From a virus, in the UHGV virus genome UHGV-1373231: a stretch of 45,237 nt of DNA; one strand, 5' to 3'. A program made the position numbers and the translations under genes. Position 1 is the stretch's first letter. Each line of letters opens with the position of its first letter. Shown piece by piece: positions 18,993 through 29,371 of the stretch. The notes below the pieces were generated by a model that was not told the DNA's origin, did not search any database, and worked only from the letters and a program-made list of their open reading frames with translations.

Positions 18993-19109
18993 ACACTGGA
19001 AACCATATCTTCCGTCAATATCTACCCCTTTATGGTTCTTAGCCATCCATTTAGCCCAATTTACAACTTGCGAAGCTGTTGGCTTTCCGCTTTTAGGTAG
19101 TATAGCCAT
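18993..19109 (-). CDS. tail-associated peptidoglycan hydrolase, exon 1 (39 codons, start of the CHAP domain)
   Basis: MAILPKSGKPTASQVVNWAKWMAKNHKGVDIDGRYGFQC ends exactly at the CHAP catalytic Cys. The frame hits TAA immediately afterwards, inside the intron. Confidence 0.6.
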
Positions 19110-19161
19110 TTACACACCTACTTTCTTTGTAAAAATAAAAAGCCAACACTAAAGTGTCAGC

Positions 19162-19575
19162 TTAAAATAGTACGGAGGCTAAACCGAAAGCAGCTGCAAT
19201 AATAGCGCAACCACCACTAATTAACGCTACTACTACTTGAACATTTCCTTTTTGTTTATCAGAAATCGACTTATTTATATTTTCTAATTGCGCTTCGTGA
19301 GATTTAACTGTGTACTTTACGTCAGTGAATTCATTTCCCACTTTTTCTATCACACCACTAATTTTTTCTAAATGTTTTTCTAATCGTTCTTGAGATTCGA
19401 ATTGTTTTTCTTGTAATCCTGTTTGCTTCTCTAATCTTTTATCGAGAGTGCTATAAGCTTCGATGTGTTTTCTGTCGTTTTCGTTGATTTTTTCATAAAT
19501 CTTACCGGTGTTTTGTATCCATTCAGTACGTAATACGTACTTATCTTCTTTTTCCGACAATCTCCACACCTCCAT
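19162..19575 (-). CDS. coiled-coil protein with a C-terminal TM anchor
   Basis: The C-terminus VVVALISGGCAIIAAAFGLASVLF is hydrophobic. The start is uncertain (ATG 19575 or TTG 19560). Confidence 0.4.
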   Translation of the reverse strand: MEVWRLSEKEDKYVLRTEWIQNTGKIYEKINENDRKHIEAYSTLDKRLEKQTGLQEKQFESQERLEKHLEKISGVIEKVGNEFTDVKYTVKSHEAQLENINKSISDKQKGNVQVVVALISGGCAIIAAAFGLASVLF

Positions 19576-19963
19576 AGAATCCCATAATTCCACAAATCAT
19601 AGTGAAAGTAGAAAATTGCAAAGGAGAAAGCCAATTAATAGCATGAAACATACTCGCTGATGTCATTAAAAAGTAAAAACAAGCATTACCCCAACCCCCA
19701 ATACAAATAAGGTAGTTAAATATGTTGTTTAACTTTTGTGTAGGTAGAAAGAAAGGTGCAACAATTATAAAAGCACTAAACATCATTGCTAGTATGCCCC
19801 AAATCCAAATAGGCATAACGTGGTGTAGTGCTAAGTAAAAATCGCTGTCTCTAATAATAGTTTCTTGCTCTCTTGTCCAAAAGAATCCTCTTTCAAACAT
19901 TAAAGCGCCGAAACCTAAAACCATTAAAAAGGTTAACGAATAAGTTATTGAGTTTTTCTTCAT
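19541..19963 (-). CDS. polytopic membrane protein (140 aa)
   Basis: Four predicted TM segments. Confidence 0.45.
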   Translation of the reverse strand: MKKNSITYSLTFLMVLGFGALMFERGFFWTREQETIIRDSDFYLALHHVMPIWIWGILAMMFSAFIIVAPFFLPTQKLNNIFNYLICIGGWGNACFYFLMTSASMFHAINWLSPLQFSTFTMICGIMGFYGGVEIVGKRR

Positions 19964-19976
19964 TATGACTTACCTC

Positions 19977-21164
19977 CTAAACAACTGGATTAGATCCGGG
20001 AATTACTACACCTTTTGTAGCGTCATACCAAGAACCCCATCTTGTAGTTTCGCCCATCATATTACGAGAGTATATTCTGTGTCTGTTGTAAGGCATAAAC
20101 AATACTTTTTTGTATGTGTCACTTCTCGCAATAACGATAGCATAGCCACTTTGATTATCGGGATCTGGAGAATTTGTAGGGTTGTAAAGGTAGTAAAAAC
20201 CAGTTTTATCAATTTTGTTCATAGTAGATAAGTCAACATCATCTAACCTAATAGCAAAACCTTCGGCTTCTGTAAGTGCTGATAATTGGCCTGTAGCACT
20301 CTTTATAGCTTCATTAACTTTGTTTTGTATTAATTCATCTAAACCATCAGAAAGCGTCTTAAATTCATCTTCGTTTGCCTTCTTAGATAACTGCTGATTA
20401 ACTTCATCTTTTTTAGCGTAGTTGATAAGGTGCTCGTCTAAGTTTTCCTCTGTTATAACTCCTTCAGTTGCCGAATTTAATCGTTCATTAACCTCTAAAA
20501 TTTTATCGTTAATATTATTTAGATAGTCTGTTAACTCTGTTTCGGTTTGTTTTGCGAAACCTTCCATTTGTTCCCGCAAATCTTTAACTTGTTTAACAAA
20601 TTCTGACTTTTGAGTATTTACAAAATTCATGAATTCTTCTTCAGCATTTTGAACGTTTTCTAATTCTTTTGATACAGTATCAATTCTGTCTTTTACTAAA
20701 TCAACAAGATCGTCAATCTCTCTAATATATCTGATTTTAATATCAGCATCTATTTGGTTAATTAATGCATCTTTTACGTAAAAGCGAAACTCGTTAAGTA
20801 CAACTGTATCTTTGCGACCAACTGCTTTGATATAAATTTGACCAGTCACATGAGTGTCGGTAGAAGCCTTTAGGAAATTACTGTCTAAAGTTAAACGTAT
20901 AATGCCTTTCATAGGATTAACATATTCAACTTTAACTCTTCCGGTCGAAGAACCGTTATCGGAAACAAAATAAGCTGTTATCTCAGTGTTAGCTTCGCTA
21001 ATCTCTAGGGGATAACTTTCCCCGTTTATTTCTCTACGCACTTGAAAAGTTAATACCGCAGTATTTATATCCATATTATAAAAGCCAATACCTTCATCAG
21101 ATATTGGCTTTAAGTAAGGTTCATCAACAGTAGTAATTCTAGCTTCTTTATAAAATCCGTCCAT
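19977..21164 (-). CDS. tail / baseplate protein
   Basis: Its position and size suggest a coiled-coil tail protein. Confidence 0.45.
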   Translation of the reverse strand: MDGFYKEARITTVDEPYLKPISDEGIGFYNMDINTAVLTFQVRREINGESYPLEISEANTEITAYFVSDNGSSTGRVKVEYVNPMKGIIRLTLDSNFLKASTDTHVTGQIYIKAVGRKDTVVLNEFRFYVKDALINQIDADIKIRYIREIDDLVDLVKDRIDTVSKELENVQNAEEEFMNFVNTQKSEFVKQVKDLREQMEGFAKQTETELTDYLNNINDKILEVNERLNSATEGVITEENLDEHLINYAKKDEVNQQLSKKANEDEFKTLSDGLDELIQNKVNEAIKSATGQLSALTEAEGFAIRLDDVDLSTMNKIDKTGFYYLYNPTNSPDPDNQSGYAIVIARSDTYKKVLFMPYNRHRIYSRNMMGETTRWGSWYDATKGVVIPGSNPVV

Positions 21165-21176
21165 TATGAAGCCTCC

Positions 21177-23063
21177 TTATTTTTTCTTTTTAGTTTTATG
21201 AATAATTTTGTTTGTCTTAGTATATGCGCTCGGTTTATTAGGATAAACTTGATGGAATGTTTTCTCTTTTTGGTTACCATACCCACCAGATTTAAGAATT
21301 TGAACTGCTGTGTGTGAATGCGAAGGTGTAAAAGTAAGGTTGATAATTAAGTTTCTAACTTTTGCAACGCCTTTAGTTCTTAATATATCAACAACACCCA
21401 TAACTTCGTTTGATCTGTGTACGTTGTTTGGACTCGTTGTTGAATATTGAACAGGAGCTATTGCATGCAGCGGGATAGTATGCCAACCTTTTTTAACTGG
21501 CATTCTCACTCTGTATAAGTGACGTTTTCTACTTTTTCCATTACCGCTGTACGGGTGATAGTTTTGTACTACATAAGGTGCTACAGCTATCGTTGTATCT
21601 CTATCAACTTCTACAGTAATAGAACCATTTAACTCTACGAAACCATTAGCTGTAACTTGGAAACGTTGTTGTGTCATTAACATACGTTGATAATCTTTTT
21701 TAGCGATAAGTGAAAAAGGTTTAGTATCTTTTTTATCAAATCTACTACTATAAACTAAAGACTTAACAATAGGTTGATTTGCAATTCTACCTTCTTTGTT
21801 AGTGTCTAGTTTTGATAATTTGGAGATGATATTTCCTAAGTAATAAACTGAACGCCACATCTCTTGAGCGCCTCTAGGTTTTCCAGCTCTACCTTCGTAC
21901 ACTTCAGGCAAGAAAGAAGTTGTACCATGCTTAATACCTACCCAGTTACTAAATGAGGCTAAGGTGCTTGAACCCCAAGTTACATAATCTCCATGATCTG
22001 ACATTTCTGAAAGCATTTCAGTCATCACATTGTTAGGTTGATTTGCAAAACGTGGATAGAATAAACAATAGTCACTCACTTGAGAAATGATGTTATGACA
22101 ATCGACGTGAGCTGTAATATCTCCTAAGCCTTCTACTAACGCTTTCATGTTTCTACTTTCTCTCTCGCTAAAAGGTTTTGAACCTTTATAGTTTTTACCA
22201 GTGGAACGTGTACCACTACCATTTGACCAATAGTAATCAAAATTACGGTTTAAATCGACATTATTTACATTTTCACGTTCTTGATTAGCAAACCCCCATG
22301 GATTTACGATAGGAACCATGACAATACGCACGTTTTTACGTATATAAGCGAGTTGAGAATACTTGTTCCATTCGTTGACAACTAAATCCATAAAGCGACT
22401 TAAAGCATAAAATGCACTGTATTCATTCCCGTGTATACATGATGTGATGAGTAAAGTTTTTGTATAGTTTTGAGGTTTGAAATCATAAGCATAAACATTG
22501 TACTTGTTACTTTGGTCTTTACCTACATATTTTTTCGTAACATACTTGTTGTCAACAAATTTGTCATAAAACACTTTTCTATTGTCATCGGGATCGTTAT
22601 TATTAGGTGTTTCATTAACACCTTGTTCTGCACTAGCAATAAATGGAGGAGTAAATAGATAAGTAGCGTCATCAGCCACATTTAGTTCTTTGTCTATTTT
22701 TTCGTCTATTCTAGTAAAGTCATGTCTTAATCTTTCTGAAAGTATAGGGAAGTTTTGAGCGTCAATTGATGTACGACTGTCTCTCACTTCTTGTAGACCA
22801 TTACCAATTGTTCCTAATACTAAATTTCTAATACGTTTACTTTGATATCCTAATTCTTGTCCTACAGTAACATTAGGACCAGTAGGCAATCTATATACAA
22901 TTTGTTCAGCGTTATGAGCTTGCTTTTCGGTTTTACCATGCTTTACTAATATTTCTTCAATATTAGTTAGCATGTCTCGTATAGCAATGTAGTTTAGCTC
23001 ATTTTCTCTCACATACCGTGAACTAAATAAAGTATCTAGCTTGGTATATATTGTTTTACGCAT
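21177..23063 (-). CDS. tail structural protein with an M14 (MpaA/carboxypeptidase-like) zinc peptidase domain
   Basis: LLITSCIHGNEYSAFYAL carries an H-x-x-E zinc motif typical of M14 peptidases. Confidence 0.5.
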   Translation of the reverse strand: MRKTIYTKLDTLFSSRYVRENELNYIAIRDMLTNIEEILVKHGKTEKQAHNAEQIVYRLPTGPNVTVGQELGYQSKRIRNLVLGTIGNGLQEVRDSRTSIDAQNFPILSERLRHDFTRIDEKIDKELNVADDATYLFTPPFIASAEQGVNETPNNNDPDDNRKVFYDKFVDNKYVTKKYVGKDQSNKYNVYAYDFKPQNYTKTLLITSCIHGNEYSAFYALSRFMDLVVNEWNKYSQLAYIRKNVRIVMVPIVNPWGFANQERENVNNVDLNRNFDYYWSNGSGTRSTGKNYKGSKPFSERESRNMKALVEGLGDITAHVDCHNIISQVSDYCLFYPRFANQPNNVMTEMLSEMSDHGDYVTWGSSTLASFSNWVGIKHGTTSFLPEVYEGRAGKPRGAQEMWRSVYYLGNIISKLSKLDTNKEGRIANQPIVKSLVYSSRFDKKDTKPFSLIAKKDYQRMLMTQQRFQVTANGFVELNGSITVEVDRDTTIAVAPYVVQNYHPYSGNGKSRKRHLYRVRMPVKKGWHTIPLHAIAPVQYSTTSPNNVHRSNEVMGVVDILRTKGVAKVRNLIINLTFTPSHSHTAVQILKSGGYGNQKEKTFHQVYPNKPSAYTKTNKIIHKTKKKK

Positions 23064-23065
23064 TG

Positions 23066-24526
23066 CTACGCCTCCTTAACTTGTAGTTTTCCGTCTTTAT
23101 CTATCGTAATGTTATAATATTTGCCGTTTTCGCCTTGCATTTTAAGTCGATTGTAATGGAGTCTATCTACTTTCTTTTTATCACTATTACTCATTAAGCC
23201 AGATACTTTATCAGTTGCTTTAGGTATCACATACTTATTAAATCCACTTTTAGCACTCGCAATGACCTGCCATGTTTTACCTCGGTCATGAGACACTCGG
23301 AATTTTCCGTTCCTGTTATATTCGAGTATGTGATCTTTTTCTACAATTGCTCTAATTCCATTCTCATTGCCGTGTAATGCTTTATTAGAGTCAATAGACT
23401 TTCGTGTAGAAGTAATAGCAGCATTAGCTTTGGCGTATGTGGTACGATATGAATTTGCAAAACCGCCACCTAAACCTCCTACTACTTGTGCTGCTTGACT
23501 AATACGCTCTAAGTAGCGATTGTGTCTATTGAAGTCGCCTAATGTCACATCTTGTTTCACTATATTGTTTTCTGCATCTCTAATGGTTTTGACTTCGACA
23601 ATTCTCATGAATTCATTGATACCTAATATTGAATGTTTAACTTTAACAATATCTGCAACTCTCGGAACGGCATTAGGATAATGATTTCGCAATGCTATAA
23701 AGTCTAAAGTTAAAGAGCGCTTTATAGATGAATTAATAACTGATTGTAATCTAGCACGCATAATATCTGGATCAGTAATAGAACCATCTTTAACTGGTGG
23801 TGCATCAAAACGTCCGTAATCTTTCATATTAGGATGTTCAAATTCTACTATAAGACCTGCACCATCTAAGCCTTCTTCGTCTGTATATGAACCGTACCCT
23901 TTAACATAGGTATACATTTGACCACTATCTTCTTCTAATTTCATATTATTTGCGTTAATTTCATCATCTATATGATAAGTTGCTCTTTTTTCTAAATATG
24001 GCGTAAATTCAAAAGTATATGTGTTTGTTTTGTAATCATGATGTATATCAAATTCTAAGTCCCATGCCTCTAAACCTTTTTTTAGTAAATCTTCGACGCT
24101 TTCTCCCTCGCCAGAGTCTTTAATTTCAGATACAAATAAATTACTAGGCACTTTGTATTTAAGACCAGTACCTTTGAATATTTTCTCAAAAAAGTCTGGT
24201 GGTTTATGTGGCCCGTCTATTTTGTCATATACTCTTTTTCTCTTAATGATATCTATTGGCTTTTCTCTAAGTGTTACAGTAACTTCTTGATTTCTACCGT
24301 GAGTTTTTCTATCGATTATATAAGCAACATATTCTCTTTTGTCGTTAGGTCCAGTAAGTTGTGTTAACGACCAACGCTTATCAATCCCACGTATAACGTT
24401 ATAGTTATATTTATCTTCAAGTAATTTACACTGTACAACTGTTTCAGAACCTAATTTAGATGTGGTAGTTGTAGTAACATAGACTGGCTCTCCTATACCT
24501 CTTATCGGGCTAAATAATACTGGCAT
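23066..24526 (-). CDS. tail protein (Tal-like)
   Basis: Positioned just after the Dit gene. Confidence 0.45.
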   Translation of the reverse strand: MPVLFSPIRGIGEPVYVTTTTTSKLGSETVVQCKLLEDKYNYNVIRGIDKRWSLTQLTGPNDKREYVAYIIDRKTHGRNQEVTVTLREKPIDIIKRKRVYDKIDGPHKPPDFFEKIFKGTGLKYKVPSNLFVSEIKDSGEGESVEDLLKKGLEAWDLEFDIHHDYKTNTYTFEFTPYLEKRATYHIDDEINANNMKLEEDSGQMYTYVKGYGSYTDEEGLDGAGLIVEFEHPNMKDYGRFDAPPVKDGSITDPDIMRARLQSVINSSIKRSLTLDFIALRNHYPNAVPRVADIVKVKHSILGINEFMRIVEVKTIRDAENNIVKQDVTLGDFNRHNRYLERISQAAQVVGGLGGGFANSYRTTYAKANAAITSTRKSIDSNKALHGNENGIRAIVEKDHILEYNRNGKFRVSHDRGKTWQVIASAKSGFNKYVIPKATDKVSGLMSNSDKKKVDRLHYNRLKMQGENGKYYNITIDKDGKLQVKEA

Positions 24527-24537
24527 TTAATAACCAC

Positions 24538-25494
24538 CTACTTATAATAAAATTTCATATCGAACGTTACAGATTTGATTTGTTGGTTAAAACTAAAGTC
24601 ATTCCAACCAGGATAAAACTTAGGTTGTGCATTAGAACAACGATGATTGATTGGGGTGCCATTACGCCATGTTTGAACGCCATCATATACAATTTTGTCG
24701 CCTTTTTTAAGGTTTATGTTGCTAATTTTCATATAATCCGATTTCCCTAATGTAAACTGAAAGTTTTCTTTACTACTTACGCTTTTACCTAGAACGATTG
24801 TTACTTTTTTATAAAGTTTAAACTCATTATTAGGAACATTTCCGTGATAATAAACACTATTATTCCAACAGTTAGTAAAAGTATAAGTTCTCTTGTCACT
24901 TTCTTCGTCAAACGGAACTAGCATGTCATTAGACCACAGCGCTTTATTAGGCTTGTTTTCTAAGTCCAATGAAGTTCCTATACTTTCGGCAAATGGTATC
25001 TCAATCGTTTCAAAGACTAGATCGAAATTAATAACTTTGCCCTTGTTTTCTGGAGTTATAACCGATGAGCATTTAACCTGATACTGTTTACCACTAGTGT
25101 AAAAATTATCGTTCATCATATTATGATCGAATACTGGATAACCATATTTATCATATGATTGATAGTCATCTTCCGTCGGTTGTAAAAACTTGTAATTATG
25201 CTCTTCGGCATATCTAAGTTCTCTAATCCATACAGGTTCAGTGTTTACTGTTAAATCATAGAATTTATCTCGTAATCTTGGTATATCATTAAGTTTTGTA
25301 CTAACTACATAGCAGGGTACCGTAATTTTCCTTTTACGGTACTGACTACTAAGTAACATACGACCACTTGTGTTTTCTTTTGTTTCATAGTTGTCCTCTA
25401 TCTCCGGGCTTTCGATGACAATATCTTTCACTCGAAAACCGAAGTCAGACAACTTGTATTTAGTGCCATCTTTTTGTTTAATTTCTAAATCCAT
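24538..25494 (-). CDS. distal tail protein (Dit)
   Basis: A 318-aa protein immediately after the TMP. Confidence 0.55.
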   Translation of the reverse strand: MDLEIKQKDGTKYKLSDFGFRVKDIVIESPEIEDNYETKENTSGRMLLSSQYRKRKITVPCYVVSTKLNDIPRLRDKFYDLTVNTEPVWIRELRYAEEHNYKFLQPTEDDYQSYDKYGYPVFDHNMMNDNFYTSGKQYQVKCSSVITPENKGKVINFDLVFETIEIPFAESIGTSLDLENKPNKALWSNDMLVPFDEESDKRTYTFTNCWNNSVYYHGNVPNNEFKLYKKVTIVLGKSVSSKENFQFTLGKSDYMKISNINLKKGDKIVYDGVQTWRNGTPINHRCSNAQPKFYPGWNDFSFNQQIKSVTFDMKFYYK

Positions 25495-25505
25495 TGCCTG
25501 ACCTC

Positions 25506-28500
25506 CTAGAATGTGAATGTTGCATCTCTATCTGCATTTTGTCCGTTGACAATATGAGTTAAAGCGTCGTTGTTAACATCCATTTTTACAGTTACAACAC
25601 GTTGCGATGGATTTGTCTTATATTCATGAGTATGTGTAACTTGTGCATTGGCTGATGCACTAGCATTTTTAATGTCTCCTTGAATATTTGGTATTTTTAG
25701 ATTGCTATTTTTTAATGTACTTCTAACATCACTTAATACATCAGTTGGATTAACAGCATTTTTAACTGCTTTTACAGCACTTGATCCCAAACCACCTGCA
25801 ATGTTTGCCACGCTTTTTTTCTTATCATCAATACCGATTTTAAAGCCTTCTCCAAAATCTCCACCGATACCCATCATTACTCTTGATGGAGAGTGTGAAT
25901 TGAGAACACTTCTAACCGCATTGATTGCTGAACTAGCAACACCTTTAGCTGCATTTACAACAGCACCAGCGGCGTTTTTAATACCATTTACCATTCCCAT
26001 AATTAAATCTGTACCAGCTTGAGTGAAACGGCCTATAAAGTTACGTACTGCACTTAAAGCATTTGATACTCCGTTTCTTACATTATTCACAACATTACGC
26101 ATACCATTAATGACTGCGTTGACAATACCACGCATAGCTGAACCTATAGAACTAAGCATGTTCATAAATCCGCTTACTGCTGCATGAACAGCACCCATTA
26201 CAGCGTTTATAATTGTACTTTTAATTAAATTCCATAAAGAAGTTATTAAAGAAGAAATTGAAGTCATAATAGAACTTGTAATAGCGCTTAATCTAGCCCA
26301 ACTTCCACTGACGATACCAACGATAATTGTAACTACACCTTGTATAACTCCTTTGATAGCATTCCATATAGTAGATGCTATGGTAGAAATAACACCAAAT
26401 ATAGTAGATGTTACAGTAGAAATCGTTGTCCAAGCTGTTGTAACGATAGTAACGATGATATTAACGATAGTCATAACGACCGTTGATATCGCAGTCCAAA
26501 TAGTTTGTGCAATAGTAACAAGAACTGTCCAAATCGTTTGTGTAACTGTAACAATTGCAGTCCAAACCGTAGTAACAATTGTAACTAAAGTTGAAATTAT
26601 TGTAGTTATTACTGTGACAATGGCAGTCCAAACCGTCTGTGCCACTGTAACTAATATTGACCATTGTATTTGTGCTAAAGTAACAATTCCATTCCATATG
26701 TTAGCAAGGAATGTGCTTAAACCATTAACTACCGTCATTACAACATTAACAATCGCACCCCAAATAGCACCTGCGATACCAATTAACGCGCCAAATATTG
26801 TACTAAAGAAGTTGACTGCATTTTGCCAAGTTTGTTGTAGATATTTACTCCAAATATCCCATATAGCTTGAGCTGCAGAAACAATGTTTTGCCAAATATT
26901 TTGACCAACTTTTAATATTGTTTGCCAAGCACCTGACCAGTCACCGCTAAGTAACTGCAGTGCTACAGTAATAATGCCAATGATAATATCGAATGCAACC
27001 TTAATAACTGTAGTTATCACAGTCCAAACCGTGCTTACAACAGCAACTAAAGCTTGGAAACCTTGAGAAACTATTGGAGATATCAATTTAACTGCCGTTT
27101 CTACAACTTTTACGATATTATCCCAAGCGTTTTTAAATATAGGAACTAAAGGTCCCATGATAGCTTGAGCTTGAGAAAGCAAGTCTTTTAGGAATTGTAT
27201 AACTGCTTTTATTGCGTTCCCTACTGCATCTTTAATAGCATTCCACGCGTCGCTCACAGCATTTCTTAATACTTCTGATGAATTCCACAAAGCAACGAAT
27301 ATAGCTATTAACGCTGCTACTCCTGCAATAATTAATAGTATCGGTGCATCTATTGCGGCAATGGCAACTCCAATAGCTTCAAATACTGGAGCCAATGCTG
27401 AAGTTACAGACATTAATGCTTCTATAACTGTTCCTGCGCCTGTAAATACTTTAATAAATGTTCCAATAAAATCGATAACACCTAAGATAGGAGGACCTAG
27501 TGTCATAAATACACCAGCTAATGTAGCGATTAAGCCTAATAATATACCAATAGCAGGGTGTGCCTCCGTTAATTTAGCGATAAAATCTGTAATCGCAATA
27601 GCAACATCTAATACAGCTGCAGCTAGTGGCGCCATAGCTGTTCCCACATTAATGATGATTTTAATTATATTACCTAATAATGTTATTAGTTTAGGACCAT
27701 TTGTATTGATATAGTCCATAAACTTTTTAAATCCGTCTGATTGCGCTATCGTAGCACTCCATGAAGCAAACTTTTCAGACATTTGCGCTAGAGATTCTAA
27801 TATAGAGTGTGTATTCGGCGCAAATGCTTTCATGAGGTTAAAAATACCCTTGAAGGTATTTCCAAATATTTGTCCGATTAACGGTAAGTTCTGTTTAGTA
27901 TATTCAACAAAAGATCTAATAGCTTCTTGTCCAGCCGATGACTGCGCCCAAGAATTAAAAGCTTGTCCCATTCGTTTAAATCCAGCTGCAGCCCAATCTG
28001 CGAGTGGCGCTAGTTGTGTGAGAACACTTACTACACCACTACCAAAATTACCTGCTGCACTTAGCATGTTGTTGAATATTCTTACACCTGTTGTACCCAT
28101 CATTTCGAAAAACTGTTGTGCTACTTGAGAGTTTTTAGCCCAATCAAGCATTTTAGCACTCGCTTGTTCCATTCCTTTTGACACGCCGCTAATGAAAGGA
28201 GACAAACCTGATAATGCCACTTTAATCATGTTTAAACCATTAGCCATTGTGTTAAAGATTTGACTTTGATTTTTCTCTATAATACCTTGCCAAGCATCTT
28301 GAACACCTTGTAAGGCGCTTTCGTACTTTTTCGTTTCAGCTGTAGCTTGTAGAGTTCCATCGTTAAGCATTTTAATAGCACTTGCAGCCATAACTCCAAA
28401 TCCCATAACTCCACCTGCAGCAACACCAAATGCAGCTGCTAATCCTGCAGCTCCACCAGCTACAACCCCGATAGCGTTAAGAACAGCAAATAATGCAGGA

Positions 28501-29357
28501 ACCATCGAAGCAATGATAGGAACTACCAACGTTATATTGGAAATTAAAGAACCCTTTATCATGTTAGAAATTACGGTACCAATTGTTCTGATACGTGTAG
28601 CTAAAGCGTTCCATGAGTTCATAGAACTATCAATACCAGCTACCATTGCTCTAAATGCGCCTTGCGCTTTATCTGAATCAACATCTATCCTAGTGTGTAT
28701 TCGGTTAGGAATTGAACGTAACATTGCTTTAAGGGCTAAAATCTTAGATACAGCAGCGCCTTCGTTAACTTCGACTGTAGCTTTTGCTTTTTGTCTCGCA
28801 AAGCTATTAAGCGACTTTTTAGCTTCTGCTATAGCGACACGTGCTTTAGTTGCGTCTGCATCTAAATGAGCACTATAAGAATTTCCGTCAAACATATCTA
28901 AATCAATCTGTAGCTTAGATAACGTTGATATAGCTCTTCTTGCGTCAACATCAGCATGTGCATTAGCATTTGATCCGTCGAAACGTTCTAAATATGCTTG
29001 TGCTTCTTCAATATTAGCTTTCGCGCTTGCTACATTAGCGTCTAACTCTGCGTCGCCTCTGTAAGCATCGAATTTGCGTACATATTCTTCAGCTATTTGT
29101 ACTTTGCTTTTAACTTCGTCAATATCTATATCAAGGTCAGCTTCTGCACGAGTGTTATTAAATGATTCTATTTCTTTTTTAGCTTTGTTTACTGCGCTAG
29201 TTACACCTGATGCATCTGCATCAATTTCATTATCTTTGATTTTATCCATAGTACCTTTAAAACGCTCTGCTGTGTTTTTAGCTGCTTGTATAGCACTTTT
29301 GAACTTTTTTGCGTTAGCTTCAATCGTCGCTTTTATACTATAGTTAGCTTCTGCCAC
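25506..29357 (-). CDS. tape measure protein
   Basis: 1283 aa, with an N-terminal coiled coil, Gly/Ala-rich TM-like segments and a degenerate tandem-repeat block. Confidence 0.85.
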   Translation of the reverse strand: MAEANYSIKATIEANAKKFKSAIQAAKNTAERFKGTMDKIKDNEIDADASGVTSAVNKAKKEIESFNNTRAEADLDIDIDEVKSKVQIAEEYVRKFDAYRGDAELDANVASAKANIEEAQAYLERFDGSNANAHADVDARRAISTLSKLQIDLDMFDGNSYSAHLDADATKARVAIAEAKKSLNSFARQKAKATVEVNEGAAVSKILALKAMLRSIPNRIHTRIDVDSDKAQGAFRAMVAGIDSSMNSWNALATRIRTIGTVISNMIKGSLISNITLVVPIIASMVPALFAVLNAIGVVAGGAAGLAAAFGVAAGGVMGFGVMAASAIKMLNDGTLQATAETKKYESALQGVQDAWQGIIEKNQSQIFNTMANGLNMIKVALSGLSPFISGVSKGMEQASAKMLDWAKNSQVAQQFFEMMGTTGVRIFNNMLSAAGNFGSGVVSVLTQLAPLADWAAAGFKRMGQAFNSWAQSSAGQEAIRSFVEYTKQNLPLIGQIFGNTFKGIFNLMKAFAPNTHSILESLAQMSEKFASWSATIAQSDGFKKFMDYINTNGPKLITLLGNIIKIIINVGTAMAPLAAAVLDVAIAITDFIAKLTEAHPAIGILLGLIATLAGVFMTLGPPILGVIDFIGTFIKVFTGAGTVIEALMSVTSALAPVFEAIGVAIAAIDAPILLIIAGVAALIAIFVALWNSSEVLRNAVSDAWNAIKDAVGNAIKAVIQFLKDLLSQAQAIMGPLVPIFKNAWDNIVKVVETAVKLISPIVSQGFQALVAVVSTVWTVITTVIKVAFDIIIGIITVALQLLSGDWSGAWQTILKVGQNIWQNIVSAAQAIWDIWSKYLQQTWQNAVNFFSTIFGALIGIAGAIWGAIVNVVMTVVNGLSTFLANIWNGIVTLAQIQWSILVTVAQTVWTAIVTVITTIISTLVTIVTTVWTAIVTVTQTIWTVLVTIAQTIWTAISTVVMTIVNIIVTIVTTAWTTISTVTSTIFGVISTIASTIWNAIKGVIQGVVTIIVGIVSGSWARLSAITSSIMTSISSLITSLWNLIKSTIINAVMGAVHAAVSGFMNMLSSIGSAMRGIVNAVINGMRNVVNNVRNGVSNALSAVRNFIGRFTQAGTDLIMGMVNGIKNAAGAVVNAAKGVASSAINAVRSVLNSHSPSRVMMGIGGDFGEGFKIGIDDKKKSVANIAGGLGSSAVKAVKNAVNPTDVLSDVRSTLKNSNLKIPNIQGDIKNASASANAQVTHTHEYKTNPSQRVVTVKMDVNNDALTHIVNGQNADRDATFTF
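26440..26700 (-). repeat. degenerate ~33-nt tandem coding repeats inside the TMP gene
   Basis: Recurring GCAGTCCAAA(Y)NGT... units encode repeats such as WTAIVTV.TTI. Confidence 0.5.
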
Positions 29358-29371
29358 GTGTTCCCACCTCC

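Noticed and set aside
18750-19160. tRNA or other structured RNA in the GC-rich 18.75-19.16 kb gap
   Set aside because: There is no cloverleaf or GTTCRA T-loop. The region is explained by the group I intron plus the 39-codon exon 1 of the tail hydrolase.
26440-26700. Possible CRISPR-like spaced repeats
   Set aside because: The repeats are degenerate, in-frame and coding, part of the tape measure protein. There are no cas genes and no uniform repeat-spacer architecture.
26353-26871. Plus-strand ORFs such as 26353..26871, 27361..27714, 27832..28128, 28513..28869, 29074..29343 and 25702..26022, antisense to the TMP gene
   Set aside because: They lie wholly inside the 1283-aa minus-strand TMP ORF. 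Their low-complexity T/V/I-rich translations are mirror images of the TMP repeats. They have no RBS.
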